Below are positions 40,934 through 54,074 of a stretch of 64,000 nt of DNA, in pieces. The notes below the pieces were generated by a model. It ran no database searches. It had not been told where the DNA came from and saw nothing but the letters and a program-made list of their open reading frames with translations. This DNA comes from Vicugna vicugna (Eukaryota). Where the stretch lies: positions 6,075,260 through 6,139,259 of the forward strand of contig MU058844.1 in assembly GCA_013265495.1 (NCBI GenBank). Reading direction: 5' to 3'. Each line of letters opens with the position of its first letter. Position 1 is the stretch's first letter. A program made the translations under genes and the position numbers.

Positions 40934-41429
40934 AAACCCTAAATGGGGTTTGGGGCCTGACTGTAAAGAGCGTGAAATGGAACACTCAGGTGCTGAAATT
41001 TTACCCAGGCCACAGAGAATACTTTAAATTTATTGAGTGGAGATGAGCTATGATCGAACTCTGCTTTAGTTAAATTATATTGGCCAAATTTTCAAAGAAG
41101 TCATGTGGTAGGTCAAGATTTCAGTTATTAGAAGGCTATTCAATTTCCAGGTGAGAGATAAAGAAGATCTGCTCTACAGTAGGTTTTGTGGAAATAGAAA
41201 GACTTCTTTGTGAACTTAATGAATGCTGGTATTTTTGTCTTTCAAAATGCAGTGTAATTGGTTAATTTTTACATATATACTGTATCCCAGAGTGAACTAA
41301 TATTTTTAGATTTGTTTTTAACTTGAGTCTGGTTCAATTATAACAACAAAAAGCTTGCCATATTTGGTTCTAAATGACTTTATTGATTTTCATTATGGCC
41401 TTTTTAATGTTTTATTTTATCTTTTAGTA

Positions 41430-41565
41430 CCTTTATTGTGGTATGATTCCTGTACAGTAAACTACAGATATGTCAGATATACAATTTGATGAATTTTGGT
41501 AGATGTATACACCAATGAAACCATCACCACAATCAAGATGGCTAACATTTCCATCACTCCCCAAG
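41430..41565 (-). mobile_element. Old L1M 3' terminus
   Basis: TACAATTTGATGAATTTTGG...GAAACCATCACCACAATCAAGAT...CATTTCCATCACTCCCCA. Confidence 0.8.
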
Positions 41566-41569
41566 AGGT

Positions 41570-43182
41570 ACAGATTTCGAATTCCCAATTTATCCCTTCC
41601 CACCCCTTTTACCCTCTGGTAACCATAAGTTTGTTCTCTATGTATGTGAGTCTTTGTGTGTTTTGTAGATAAGTTCATTTGGGCCCTTTTTTTAGATTCC
41701 ACATATGAGCAATATATGATATTTTTCTTTCTCTTTCTGGCTTACTTAGAATGACAATCTCCAGGTCTATTCATGTTGCTGCAAATGGCATTATTTTATT
41801 ATCTTTTATGGCTGAGTAGTATTCCATTGCATAAATATACCACAACTTCTTTATCCAGTCATCTGTTGTTGGACATTTAGGTTATTTCCATGTCTTGTCT
41901 ATTGTACATAGTGTTGCCATGAACACTGAGGTGCATGTATCTTTCCAAATTTCTCCATATATATGCCCAGGAGTGGGATTGCTGGATCATATGTAAGTCT
42001 ATTTTTTAGTCTCTTGAGGAAACTCCATACTGTTTTCCATAACAGCTGCACCAAAGTACAGTCCCACTAGCGGTGTAAGAGGGTTCCCTTTTCTCCACAC
42101 CCTCCCCAGCTTTTATCATTTTGGACTTTTTAGTGATGGCCATTCTGACTGGTGTGAGGTGATACTTCATTGTAGTTTTGATTTGCATTTCTGATAATGA
42201 GCAATATTGAGCATCTTTTCATGTGCATATTGTCCATTTGTATGTCTTCATTGGAGAATCACTTGTTTAGGTCTTCTGCCCTTTTTTGGATTGAGTTGTT
42301 TGTTTTTTTTTTGTTGTTGTTGTTATTATTAAGTTGTATGAGCTATTTATATATCCTGGAAATTAAACCTTTGTCAGTCGCATCATTTGCAATTTTTTTC
42401 TCCCATTCAGTAGGTTGTCATTTTGTTTTGCTTATGGTTTCCTTTACTGTGCACAAGCTTATAAGTTTAATTAGCTCCCATTTGTTAACTTTTGCTTTTA
42501 TTTCTATTGCCCGGGTAGACTGTCCTAGGAGAATATTGCTAAGATTTATGTCAGAGAATGTTTTGCCTTCTAGGAGGTTAATGGTATCTTGTCTTATATT
42601 TAAGTCTTTAAACCATTTTGAGTTTATTGTGTGTGGTGTGAGGGAGTGTTCTAACTTCATTGATTTACATGCTGCTATCCAGTTTTCCCAACACCACTTG
42701 CTGAAGAGACTGTCTTTCCTCCATTGTTTATTCTTGCCTCCTTTGTCAAAGATTAATTGACCATAGGTCTATGGGTTTATTTCTGGACTCTCTATTCTGT
42801 TCCATTGATCCATATGTCTGTTTTTTATGCCAATACCATGCTATTTGGATTACTTTAGCTCTGTAGTACTGTGTGAAGTCTGGGAGGGTTATTCCTACAG
42901 CTTCGTTCTTTTTCTTCAATATTGCTTTGGCAATTCTGGGTCTTTTGTGATTCCATATAACTTTTAGGATTATTTGTTCTAGTTCTGTTTTGGAAAAAAA
43001 AAAAAGTCCTGTGTGATTTCATAGGAATCTCCTTAAATCTGTAGATTGCCTTGGGCAGTATGGCCATTTTAACAATATTGATTATTTTAATCCAAGAGAA
43101 TGGGCTATCTTTCTATTTCTTTAAGTCATCTTTAATTTCTTTAATGAATATTTTTTATTTCTCCATGTATAAGTCTTTCACC
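41570..43182 (-). mobile_element. Young camelid-type L1: ORF2 C-terminal part and 3' UTR, 5'-truncated and disrupted
   Basis: Minus-strand ORF2 peptides [22 protein letters not shown]...KWFKDLNIR and [17 protein letters not shown] in shifted frames. Confidence 0.95.
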
Positions 43183-43640
43183 AAAAAGGCTTTGGGTCTC
43201 AGAACTCTAAAAACATTATTAATTAAAATATCTATTAATGCTAACTTTCTTACTCTTCTGCATATAAATGCTAGTCATAATTCAAGTATCACTCACATAT
43301 CAATGCACTGAAACCCTAGTAAAAATTGGGAGGTCATTTTATAAGTCAGGCCTAAAGCAACTCAAGGACTAAATCTTAAAAGGATTTAAATAGAATGAAT
43401 GTTTATTTCTCCATGTATAAGTCTTTCACCAAAAAGGCTTTGGGTCTCAGAACTCTAAAAACATTATTAATTAAAATATCTATTAATGCTAACTTTCTTA
43501 CTCTTCTGCATATAAATGCTAGTCATAATTCAAGTATCACTCACATATCAATGCACTGAAACCCTAGTAAAAATTGGGAGGTCATTTTATAAGTCAGGCC
43601 TAAAGCAACTCAAGGACTAAATCTTAAAAGGATTTAAATA
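43154..43640. repeat. Perfect 239-bp tandem duplication (43154-43392 and 43402-43640)
   Basis: Copies identical on line-by-line reading; period 248 bp; 9-nt spacer GAATGAATG. Confidence 0.97.
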
Positions 43641-45759
43641 ATCTGCTTTGTGCTTCCTCTTTAACCTTACGAGATATTTTGCTTCCCTGTGGTAGAGGTG
43701 CTCACCTCAGTCTTTCAGTAAGTACTGACTGAGTACTTACAAGCATTAGACCCTTGATTCCAAAGATGACCTGGTCTCAAGGACTTTACAGTCCAAAGAG
43801 CTGCCATTTATTGAGGACTCTTACTGCACCAGCCTGACTGCTAAGCACCCTTCATGGTCACATGCATCAGTCATTTGATCCTTAAAAGCTACCCTAGGAA
43901 GGAAAAAGACCCACTGATGCATGAGGACACTGGGGTTTAGGATTCGAAATCATACAACTTGAAAATGGTACAACTGGATTCCCACCAGGTCTCCATGACT
44001 GTAAAGCTGATTCTCTATGACTCTTGTCTACACAACCCCATAGCTGGTGGGCAAGATAGCTGAATGGAAAACTGGAACATTTTTTATGACTGTGGGCACA
44101 GGATGGATTTCATCAAGAACATGACCCTTGAGTTGAGCCTGATACTTCAAGATGAAGAAATCATCTTCCAGAAGGAGCAGAGATTTCAGTCACTCCAGGA
44201 AGCACTAAGAGCACACTAGATGTAAAACAATATTTCAGGAGCTTCTGGGAACTTTATGGAACAACTCAGAAGACTTGGATATGAGGAGCTATGTGTCAAC
44301 CATTGAACCTAGAAGGTGGAGAGTAGTCAGAAGCTTCCTATCTTGTTCGAAGAGGTTTCAGCTATATTGCAAAGGCTCTGGTAGTGCTCTGAGCAGGGAG
44401 TTACATGATTAGTTTGACAACATCCATACTAGTAAGAGGGTGTTACGTAAGTGGGGAGACGGGCAACCAAGGCTGAAAAATAATGAACATTAATGTATCA
44501 ACAACATATTAATCAGTGTGATATAGTGTGCTTCACACTTGACTCCATCAGTGCTTGAGAAAATTCGTAGTAAAGACTGATTAGCATCAGGTGTGGCTAA
44601 TAGGACAGGCTTCCTAGAAAAGCTTTGGAGCCAAGGTGTGATGTGAGCAACACAAATAAATAAGGACAGAGGTATCAAAGGGGAAGTAATAAAACCAAGA
44701 AGCAAGAAGGAACAAGTTATATATGAGAAGGGGCTGGGTTTGTTAACATATGAGTTAGAATATGAAAAAGAGAGGTAAGATTATTTTCTGCTAATTCACT
44801 TGGGAATGATGGAGAAGCATTTGCTGTTGTTGTTATTTCAATAAAGAAACAACAGTGTTTCAGAGAGATTTTAATCAATCTTATAATCACATTACTGTAT
44901 GAGTGAGTCCCTTGGGAAAATTCTCACTTAAGATGCTTATGTAAGCATATTAACAAGAACTTGTTAAACAATTTCAGTTCCTCGAGAGATAAAATAATTA
45001 AAACAGACCTTGATTTTAAGAAGGGATTTAAGGAGATAAGCTTACCACATACTGAAGGATATGACAACATAGGCTGAGACAACTATATAGCTACACTGAC
45101 ATGTGTAAAATAAATATAAAGTGCAAATACGCACAGAGCAGTATTATTTCCTGGAGAAAAGATGTGTAGGAAGCACTAGTGACTTTCTCTTGAAATAGAG
45201 TTAGTTATATAAACATTTCCCATAGCTAATTTCCAAGAAATTCTTATCTGGGATAAGGAGGAATCTGCCAAAACCTATAAAAAGCCCAAGCTGCTGGCTT
45301 CTGCATGAGAAAATAGTGGTATCTCAGAAGGAAATATGAATTATATTTCCAGTTACTTTGAAGCCTGAAGGATTAGAGGCAGGGAATTTGGATTGTACAG
45401 GTGGAGCTGTCATCCCTTTATTAAATGAAAAATGCACTTTAGGGACAAAAGCACATTTGGCATTGAGTTCATGCAAATGATGTAAAAAATTCAATTGTGT
45501 TTCCTGGGCTATAGCTCCTTATTTTGGAATGATAGAAGGGAAACAGTACATCTCAGGAGAAAATGAAAAGATATAAAGCTCAAGCTTTTCCTATATGCCG
45601 CTTTCCATAGGAAGGCTCTCCGCTCATGCCATCTTTAACATTTAGGTTATTTTTTATTTGGAGAAAAGGAAAGAAAGCATACTTTTATACCTGAAAATAT
45701 CACAAATATAAAGATAATAGGGGTTGATGGACTGTAAATTCAATTGTATTGTTGTTTGA

Positions 45760-46400
45760 AAAGAAAAGCTTAATTAATAGGATGAAATACAAGAGGTATT
45801 AATGTAAATTCCTATACCTGGTTTTGGAAATTAGCTGAACAACTACAGGATGATTAAAAAAAAAAAAACAGCTGGGTGGATAAAGTTGGTTTTACAATTC
45901 TGTAAAGCCAGCTGTGTGATGTGGCAGCCAAAAATATCTAATGAATCCTCAAACTGCATTAGCAAAATTACAGTGGTCAGGGAAAGCAGAGTAATAATTC
46001 TTCGGCCCTTTGCTTTGCCCAGACTACATCTGGAGCTATGTGTTAATTTCTAGACCCCACTGTAAGTTCATTATAGTACACCCCAGGAATATAATCAATT
46101 GCTAAGGACTCTGGAAACCATGGGATATGAGGAACAGTTGGGAAAAAATGTCATGGTTAACCTGGGAAAGAAGACATTAATAGAAGTCGAAGCTGACTTA
46201 AAGTCTTTGAATGACTGTCATATGGCAGAAAGTTTCTTGGCAGAAAGTTTCCTTTTACATTGTGTAGATTTGGTTAATACCAACTCAGAGGTAAATTTAG
46301 GGAAGGAGATGTTGAGTCTATATGAGGGAGATCTTAAAACTTGAGCTGTCCATCAATTCATAGGCTTCTTCATGAAGTAGTTGTAGGTCAGTAGAAATAT
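45760..46400 (+). mobile_element. CR1/L3 LINE fragment
   Basis: GTGTGATGTGGCAGCCAAAAA...CAGACTACATCTGGAG...GGAAACCATGGGATATGAGGAACAGTTG. Confidence 0.8.
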
Positions 46401-46409
46401 TCTAGAGAT

Positions 46410-46603
46410 AGTTGTACTCAATATACACTTGAGTCTGCTACTGCCAGCTTGTGAAAACTGAAGACTAAATATTTAGGAATTTTGCCGGCTAGTTTGGTAG
46501 TTTAAAATCAGTAAATGTTGGGAATATTTATACTAGAGAAATTGGCAAACACTATAAATTGGGATTTTTTTTTTTCTGAGAGACGGTTTGCCAGCCTACT
46601 ACC
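46410..46603. mobile_element. MER63-like hAT element
   Basis: GGGAATATTTATACTAGAGAAATTGGCAAACACTATAAATTGGG...GGTTTGCCAGC. Confidence 0.6.
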
Positions 46604-48149
46604 TGATTTTTATAGATAAAGTCAGTGCAATGGTTAAGACTTCATCCTTCCAAATCTAAAAACCTATGAATGTATTAATATGTAGTAGAATATAAGCTGA
46701 GTTAAAAAAAAAAAAAAAACAGAAGGAAGTAATATGGGTAGTAAAGCCAGGGAAATTTGTGAAGGAAGTTAGAAGTAAAATGGCAAGAAGAAGAATAAAT
46801 ACTAGACGAGTGGATTATATTCTATGGGAATAGAAAGAAACAGAATTAGGGGGAACTACCTAAACATTTTGAATTTGTAAGGTTTGCCTTGGTTGAGAGA
46901 AAAGCATATCTTAGGAATGTCTGTTCTTTTCCCTTTGAAAGATAGATATATTAATGAACAAATGAATGAAATTCATATGCAGAAATTGCCCAAGGAAATA
47001 ACTACAAATTCACAGTTTAAGAAATTAGACTACCCTTCAAAAATGCAAACATATTTTCACTGTGTTCTTCATAGTTAAAAAGTAAATGCTACATGAGATT
47101 ATTGCTTCTGGAACATGAATTTATATTCTTCTATAATTTAGGAATGGGCTAATGATTCCTACATTTAATCATAAACATAAATTACCTTAATTCCCAGGGT
47201 AGCTAAGAGTCCTTTCAGATGGGTGGCCCTTTTTCATATATACTTAATTAGTGTCTGACTTGGATATTTTTGCCGAAATAGCCATACTACAGTGTTCAAT
47301 AAAAACAGTCTTTCATATTATAAAAATTTAACCACCCTACTCTTCAAAGTGCAACAGTTTTGAAATTTAAAAAGATAATTCTTGCAAAATTTTGTTAATT
47401 GCTGCATGAAATTTTAATAAACTTTTACAGACATTTCATTTCAAAGAGGAAGGGAAGCTTTACCAATTTCAAAGGTTTCCTTCCTACTCTAGCACAATAG
47501 CTCAATAATAAAATAAAAACACAAAACTCCATAATTAGCCCTTCTTTCTTTAAGTGCCTTTAACACTATGTGTATGCTCCTGGCATGGTAATAGTTACAT
47601 TCTGACTCACATGTTATAATTATTTTTTTTTCATTAAATAAAACCCTCCTGCTTATTAAATCCTTAAGAGCAATGCCCATGTCTCATTCACTTTTGTGCA
47701 TACAAAACTATTTACAATAACATGCATGCAGTATATATCTAAGAAATATTTTTGAATGAGTTATTATAGTCATTTCTCTGTTAAATAACACAAGCAACAT
47801 ACTGTTTTTGTAGATATATCCATAAATGACATAAACCCATTCCTCTAATATTTTCTCCATAATCTGCAATAGAGGTGCTCTAATCCTCATTCAAAGTGTT
47901 GATTTAAACATTATAGATACAAGTTAAGTCACAATTTTTTTGGAGAATGGAATTTTGAAAAAACAAATATGTTTAGTAAGATCCCAAGTAAATATATATG
48001 TAGTCATTCCATCAGGAAAATACATTTCTACACAAATAATACACACAAAACACATATATGTGTATATAGATATATGAGTATAGTGTATACACATGTGTAT
48101 GAGTGAACATATAGATCATTATCCAAATGTATGTATCTGTTAGGCCAAG

Positions 48150-48650
48150 CACTCATTCATTCAACAAATATTTAGAGTCCCTACTGCATGCCAGGTACTG
48201 TCTTAAGTGTCTTTGATACATCAGTGAACAAAAAGAGAAAGATGCTTGCCCTAGTGGAGTTGACATTGTAGTAGAGGATATAGCCATTGAGCAATTAAAA
48301 GTGACTAACTTTTTTTTGTAAGAGGATAATGTTCACTTCAAGAGAAAAAAAAAAAAAAGCAAAGAGGAAAGGTCGAAACAGGAATACCAGTTTGTTACTA
48401 TTTCAGATGATAGTTTGGATCAAGGAAAAGGGTGGTATTCCATATATATTTTTGGAGGTTAAGTCAGCAGGATTCCTGGCAGAAGCATGAAGTGTGAGGG
48501 AAAGAAAAAAAAAGAATCATGAATGATGCTGAAGTTTTTGATCAGAACAACTATAAAATGGTAGTGTTATTGTCAACTGAATTGTGTAAAACTCTGCATG
48601 TAGCAGGTTTGGGAAGTAGGTTTAGGAGCATGAATAGGGAAGTTCCAAAA
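48150..48650 (-). mobile_element. L2 fragments
   Basis: CATTCATTCAACAAATATTTAGAG...TGCCAGGTACTG...TGCCCTAGTGGAG. Confidence 0.75.
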
Positions 48651-49796
48651 CTGAGATGATCAGGGATAAGCCCATTGCATATGTGAAAGGATTCGTAGAT
48701 TTTAGACCACAGAATGAATGTGAGCAAGAGCTAACAGATTTTCATCCTAATGAATTGGAAAAGGATGATGGTCTTAGTTACCACAAAATGGTAACTAGCA
48801 TATACTTTATGTTAATTTACATAAATTATAGGATGTCTGAAAACATTTCTATATCTTAACAATAATGTTACACATGCAATTAAGAAGTTATCCTTTTTAT
48901 GGCATACCATTCCAAGGGGAAAGCATTCTTCAAAAGGGTTAAATACTTTTCTGTTGTTGGCATTAAGGATTCAGTGTGTTCACCATTCAACTGTGCTCTT
49001 TTCAACTTCTGCTGGCTTGTCAAGTTTGTTTTAGCTGTGACTGTCCCACTGGATAATAAGATGCCATTAGTTTTCATTTTAGTTGAGTGGCTTATATGAT
49101 TTTATTGACTGAAATTGGGGTTAATTTGACCTTTTCATTGCCAATAAAAAGTGACTTGTTGAGCAAATAAATTCCATACAAAGAATATTTTCAATCTACT
49201 AAAGGAAATACATATTTCCCAAGTGCATTACAGTGTACAACTACATACAGGTGAAAAAGTGTACCTTGCTCTAAGCAGTGCAGGAATACAAAAAATTAAC
49301 ACACCGTGATTCCAACCCCCAAGTGCTCCCAGTCAGAGGACATTAGGTAGTCAAGAGAAAAGCCAAGGAAGACTATGCTAAGTAAGAGCTTTATAGGAAG
49401 AATAACCTTCACTGGGGGGTCAAAGAGAGTGATTAACTCTGACAGTGTGATTATAATAGCAGAGGCTAGCCCAGGGAAGGCTAGGTTCACTGTGACCATT
49501 ACTCTTATTAAAATTCTCTCTTTACTGGGCATTCATTCTGGATTGACTTCTATATTAACTATAGAACCAATTTATTGAACCAGTTAGACTAGGCTGGGCA
49601 TAGGCAGAATGCAGCTCTACTCTTTTTCATCTCCACCTTTTGGATTTTATCTCAAGATTTGTTGTTTCCTTTTCCTAGATGAAGTTCGGTAGATTCCATA
49701 GTTTCTGGAAAACTTTAAAATAACAAATCCAGGCCTTTCTCATAAAAATACAGACTATTTTTCAACTTATTACTTCTCTCCTACATTGGCTCAAAC

Positions 49797-50316
49797 TGTT
49801 ACGGAGTCTAAACTTGTTCTGCTCATTGGACTACAGGCCAATAAATCAGGAGACCAGGTGCTGGGGCAAGAAATAATAACATTATTGGGAAAGCTGGCAG
49901 ACAGACAAGAGGGCAGACTAATGCCTGGGGAATCATCTTCCCCAAGTCAGAATTCAGGCTCCTTTTATACTAAAAAGGGGAAGGGATGTGGTTAGTTGTT
50001 GCAAACTTCCTGGTGTCGGAATGCCTTGTTCTTGCCACTGTCTTCATGGGTCAGGTCACGGTGTCCCTGTAAACCTCCAGCAAAACAAATGTTATTTTCT
50101 ATTCTGCAATCTTTTATCTTTATATGAGTGGAAAAGCGTTAATATTCTCAAAGGTCAAAGCCTTGAGAATAGGCTATCCTGTCTATTTCAGGCCATAGGC
50201 AACATTCTTTTACAAAAGGTGCAGAACCAGCATGGCTAAGCACAGGAAACAGAGCACAGGGCTAGAGCCAAAGGAACAGATCTAATATGGAGTCAGGTTG
50301 ATTCTTCCCTGTTACA
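49797..50316 (-). mobile_element. ERV1 solo LTR (MER41-like), complete
   Basis: TG...CA termini, 4-bp TSD AAAC on both sides, minus-strand TATAAAA near 49963-49969. Confidence 0.85.
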
Positions 50317-50429
50317 AAACCTGCTACAGGCTACCCCGGGGAAGAAAGTCATAGTCGACTTCACTTTTTCTTCTCTTGATACACTTCTTACCTCAAAGTT
50401 CTGCTCTCTACAGTGCCAGGTCAAGAGAT

Positions 50430-50759
50430 TTGAAACAAATGGACTGCCAGATAGTTCTCCAGCAAAGATGAGTTTATTCAGGACCAGCAAATTGCAGTTC
50501 TGAAGTCTGTAACCGTAGTGAGCTGTGTGCAAGTCCCACTGCCCTACAAGGAAAGGAGCATGCTTAACAAAGGGGGAAGAGAAGTCAGGAGGACTTAGTC
50601 AACAGGGAGTTCATGGCTTTTCACTGGCTGAGTCCCTGCCGAGAAAGAAAAGGAGTCTTTCGTCTTCCTGCTGGGCTCTGCTGTCACAGGGTGTGAGAGC
50701 TCCCCCTTCAGGTCTCCCAACTCTATTTCATTGAGGTTTCTGTTTATTAAATTTTTACA
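50430..50759 (-). mobile_element. ERV1-class solo LTR of a different family
   Basis: Minus strand starts TGTAAAAA; minus-strand AATAAA at about 50473-50478; left boundary approximate. Confidence 0.65.
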
Positions 50760-50989
50760 AAGTCTGGGGAAGTAGAGAAGTGATAACGGGGCAAAAAATG
50801 GCCTTACATGATGGGTTCAGTTGTAATTTAATGTTGAGTCCTTGTGTCAGATGCTACCTTTTTTCTTTCTGTGGGATGCTTATGTGATTTCTTCTAATAG
50901 TCTCCCCTGCTGGAACTTTAACAGTTAAAAGGTGATGCTTGCTATAGGAATGCACCTTGATCCTACCGCTCATGAAAACTGATAGCATC

Positions 50990-51155
50990 AATTCCCATTT
51001 CTGTCTTCAGTTACTTCATGGTGGTAACTTGAAATCCACCACAATGGGAATATTTAAGTAACAGAAATTAGCAAGTCCTACCAATCAGAACTTTGAAATA
51101 TTTCTTTTTCTGCTGACAGGCCTGGCAACTGTTAACATGTACTAGCACAGCACTT
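50990..51155. mobile_element. MER63-like hAT fragment
   Basis: GGGAATATTTAAGTAACAGAAATTAGCAAGTCCTACCAATCAG...TACTAGCACAGCACT. Confidence 0.5.
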
Positions 51156-51614
51156 TAGATATTGCTTCCTCAGACCTCTTCAGCTGGCCTTTTGTTTGAA
51201 AGTGCTTTGGGGGAGTGATTCTATGTACCAGTCATTATCTCCTTAACTTCAGGAACATAATGTGAACTTTCAGAGTTCTTCTCTTAAAGAGCTCCTCGCT
51301 TTGAGGAGTGGAAAGGGAAACACAATGCACACGTAATGGCAAATCTTTCCACAAAATTCCGCACTACCAACATCCAATGTCATTTTCTTAGGTATTTCTT
51401 AAAAGAATAGCCCCCTGCCTTCTGATATCCGTCTGGTGCCTCCTTAGTACCTTGCCTGAAATGGCATGAGACTAGTCTGGAAATGACTTATTTAAAAGCC
51501 AGACATTGGAAAAGACAGTAGCTGCTACTTGTTTTAGTTGTGATTAATGATACTGTTTCAGGGGGCAAATAATATCACAATAATAACTATCATTATTATT
51601 GTGATATTATTATC

Positions 51615-52045
51615 ACACTTGAATAACTCCCATTAGTGCCAGGACTGCTTTGTGGACTTTCCACACATTATAAATATTCATTCAGTTAATCCTCACAACA
51701 TTCATAACTGGTACTATAATGATCCTCACTTCACAGATAAGAAAGCAGAGGCTCAGAGAGGCTAGGTAACTTAGCCTCTAGATCAGTCTAGAATATATTT
51801 ATTCCTAATCAATCTGTTCAGGCCTCAGAGGAAATACAAAGAATTAGTACTCTTTATATACATCCTGCCTCGGTATGCTGGGCATTGTACACGTAAGATT
51901 CATTTAGGCCATACAGTTACTATTCTGTTTCACAAACTGAGGCTGCTATATGCGGAATAACTTGAATAAGATCTCACGTTAATATGAGTCTAGTATTTGA
52001 ACTAGATCTCAAAATTCACATTTTTCCAATCCACCACAGTGCTTT
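51615..52045 (-). mobile_element. Two adjacent MIR SINEs
   Basis: TAATCCTCACAAC...CTCACTTCACAGATAAGAAAGCAGAGGCTCAGAGAGG; a second core with AAACTGAGGC...ATTTGAAC. Confidence 0.7.
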
Positions 52046-52475
52046 GGCAGGAAATGACCATAAGTCTTTTCCTCCTCTTCATAGACTCCTATACATACAT
52101 AAATTCTCAGCCTATATTCTATGAAAAAATAATTGACATTCAAAACTGAGAACACTTGAGAAATTTATATTCAAAGCATAAAAATGTAATTAAAATAAAG
52201 GCCCAAGTATATAATTAAGCATCCCAATATTTGAGAAATGATACCTAACGTGTGTGGAGTGTTAAGATATGCTGGGCTCTGTTCTCAGTTCCTATCGTTT
52301 CATGTTTACAAAGTATTCTAATACAGAGTTTCAAGTATTGTGCCTATACCGCTAGCTTCTGATTTACACATTTTAGAACTGCCTATTTGCTTAATAACTT
52401 TATATTTATTACTCCTCCCTCTGCATCCCATGTGCATATTTCCTCACCATCTTCCATTGTGCTCTGATAGCACCT

Positions 52476-53070
52476 ACAATGGTTAATTTGGTTTCAACCT
52501 GACCAGGCCATGGAGTTCTTAGATATTTGGTGAAACATTATTCTAGGTATTTCTATAAGGGTGTTTTGGGATGAGAGTAACATTTAAATTAGTCAACTAA
52601 GTAAAGCAGATCATTCTCCCTGATGTGGGTAAATCGCGTCTCATCAGCTAAGGGTCTGTGTAGAACCAAAAGGCTGAACCCCCCCACATAGGAGGAAATT
52701 CCTCCTGTTTGACTGCTTTAAAACTGGGACATTGGGGTTTTTCCTGCCTTCAGATTTAAACTGAGAAACTGGCTCTCCCTGGGTTTTTAACCAGGTAGAC
52801 TTTGGACGGGAACTACACCATTGGCTTTCCTAGGTCTCCAGCTCGCCACCTCATTCTGCATATCTTGAGAATGATCAGTTTCTATAATTGTGTGAGCATA
52901 TTCCTTACAAAATTATCTCTTTATGGAAATATATAGATATGGATATAACCATTTGTATCTATCTATATCCATCTATGTCGACATCTCTATCTGTAGACAT
53001 ATAGAGAGTTCTGGATAAATAGATATCTATCCTATTGATTCTGTTTCTCTAGAGAACCCTGACTAACTAG
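52476..53070 (+). mobile_element. ERVL LTR (MLT2-like)
   Basis: ATGGTTAATTT...GATATTTGGTGAAACATTATTCTAGGT; end CCTATTGATTCTGTTTCTCTAGAGAACCCTGACTAA. Confidence 0.9.
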
Positions 53071-54074
53071 AATCCACTGTAGTTTTAGCACAGTTTTGTT
53101 TAAATTAACATTCAGCTTTTGCATTATTCTGACTAGGTAACTATTATTCCTGCTAAACGCTCGGCTGCTAGAATGGAACTTGGTGGAAGGAGGGATATTG
53201 TGTACATAGACTATGTTTTTACTTCAACTTCCAGGATTCTTCTCCTAGAATACCACATCATTCTAAATGAAACATGGGGATAAGAAACTAGAAAGACTGA
53301 AAATACTCTCCTGTGCCTTTTCGACCCACCATGAATTCATGCGTTCATTCAACAAACAATTGTTGAGAGCTTATTCTATATCAGACTTTGCGAGACTTTC
53401 AAGAGGATGAACAAAATCTAAATCCCCTAAAATAGAGACATGAATAGTTATTCCAAAAATATTGGTACAATTTATGTAAAAGAATGAACCATTTAAGTTC
53501 TAAGTAGTCAAGAGTAGTTCCCAAAGAGCCAATAAATAGAAGTAAAACAAAGAAATCCTTTATACTGTTTGTCCTAGTGTTTACCCTAATTCACTCATTG
53601 CCTGAAAGGACTGCTTTTGTGGGCTCTATTTCCAATGGCCTCTTCCCACCTCCAATGAGAGGCGAACAAGGGAAATCTTTGATTTTGCCTAGGTCCCGGT
53701 AACTTCCAGAGAGCAGTTTCAGTGGAACAGTGGAAGCAGATGAGGAAGGGACACAGAGAATGTGGCGACTTGTCTTTATGAAGTTTAGTATGTACTGAAA
53801 AGGGAGAAATTTGAATATTCCTATACATGATGATATTAATCTGTGAGTTGTATTTGTTTCAAAGAGAATGGAGAGCTGTTTGGAAAGTAACTGAAAAGTC
53901 AGTGAAATGGGAGAGACTGAAAACACTTCGAAGGAAGGAAAGAATTACCGATTACCAGGCAAGAGTCCACAGGAAGTAATCAAGTCAAGGGACAGGTGAG
54001 AAGTTCAGCTGAGTTAGGGGCTGGAGTGAAAATGCTGAGACACAGAAATGGGATAATGCGAGAATAAACGTAGA

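Noticed and set aside
42197..42760. 187-aa plus-strand ORF
   Set aside because: Antisense reading of L1 ORF2; not a gene
46223..46251. 15-bp tandem micro-duplication (similar ones near 5047-5108 and 37897-37918)
   Set aside because: Ordinary slippage products
48656..48859. Protein-like ORF (RPQNECEQELTDFHPNELEKDD) with a possible donor near 48790
   Set aside because: Poor acceptor context, abuts L2 sequence, no recognisable homology
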